From a virus, in IMG/VR virus record IMGVR_UViG_3300047095_000292, positions 27,908 to 91,907 of that record: a stretch of 64,000 bases of DNA, one strand, 5' to 3'. Numbering within the stretch: position 1 is the first letter of the stretch; each line of letters opens with the position of its first letter. The notes beneath the pieces are model-generated. The model was not told the origin of the DNA. It made no database searches and saw nothing but the letters and a program-made list of their open reading frames with translations. Position numbers and translations under genes: made by a program. Below are positions 63,673 through 64,000 of this stretch, in pieces.

Positions 63673-63831
63673 GTGTGACCTTTTAAAGTATAAATAATTT
63701 AAAAATTAAAACAGGTATCAGTATAACTGACATAAAAACAAGGATTGACAAAAATACTGTTACAGATAAAGATACACATCTTATTACGGATACTGTTATT
63801 ATTGTTATAATATCCTGTAGCATTTGTTATT

Positions 63832-63855
63832 CTTATATTTAGTTCTGCTAGGCTA
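63832..63855 (-). promoter_or_regulatory. Divergent copy of the candidate promoter upstream of the RNAP gene
   Basis: TAGCCTAGCAGAACTAAATATAAG aligns with the other four copies with several mismatches. Confidence 0.35.
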
Positions 63856-63869
63856 AATGCCTAGATAGT

Positions 63870-63943
63870 AAAACAAAAAAAAAAAAAAAAAAAAAAAAGA
63901 AAGGAAATCAATATAGGAAGCACCCGAAGGTGCCTCCTGTATT
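63870..63943 (-). terminator. cUUCGg-capped hairpin followed by U24
   Basis: Minus strand AATACAGGAGGCACC-TTCG-GGTGCTTCCTATATT; A24 at 63875-63898. Confidence 0.75.
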
Positions 63944-64000
63944 AATCAAATGGCCTTTCATAAAACTTCTTCTGTTCAGGTGTCATTGTTTTCATAATCT

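Noticed and set aside
63745-63775. Plus-strand sigma70 promoter at TTGACA
   Set aside because: No convincing -10 hexamer at 16-18 nt spacing and no plus-strand gene downstream.
24325-63898. Poly(A) tracts as retroposition scars
   Set aside because: No target-site duplications noticed and no RT; each tract is tied to a minus-strand hairpin in terminator geometry.
1-64000. Stop-codon reassignment
   Set aside because: Core genes are full length in the standard code and TAA, TAG and TGA all serve as stops; the only fragmentation is explained by introns.

Overview
A 64-kb segment of a tailed dsDNA phage genome. All credible genes are on the minus strand. In transcription order (right to left): a 754-aa T7-like single-subunit RNA polymerase; a TPR/glycosyltransferase; a replication module (SSB, DUF5664-type diphosphohydrolase, family A DNA polymerase, tRNA-CAU, 5'-3' exonuclease, primase-helicase, class II RNR, ATP-dependent ligase); many small accessory genes (nucleotidyltransferase, DHH, HAD, two methyltransferases, a deaminase, a ubiquitin-like protein, a GC-rich acquired block); then membrane proteins, terminase, fibre-like genes, portal, scaffold, major capsid and head-tail adaptor. 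The main result: the fragmented ORFs between portal and scaffold (9955 to 2706) are one 1539-aa gene, a MuF/SPP1-gp7 minor head domain fused to a second T7-like RNA polymerase. It is split by four group I introns whose splice sites can be placed to the nucleotide. Splicing restores motif B, the N-x-x-H-S-x-D motif and motif C. Two introns carry intact HNH endonucleases, one an internally deleted relic and one only an SD-ATG scar. The phage therefore looks like a two-RNAP system with a probable capsid-packaged enzyme. Also seen: a candidate phage promoter in 4-5 copies, three hairpins followed by 16-26 U, two ORF-free structured regions and at least 8 free-standing HNH genes. No database searches were run; family assignments come from motif recognition.
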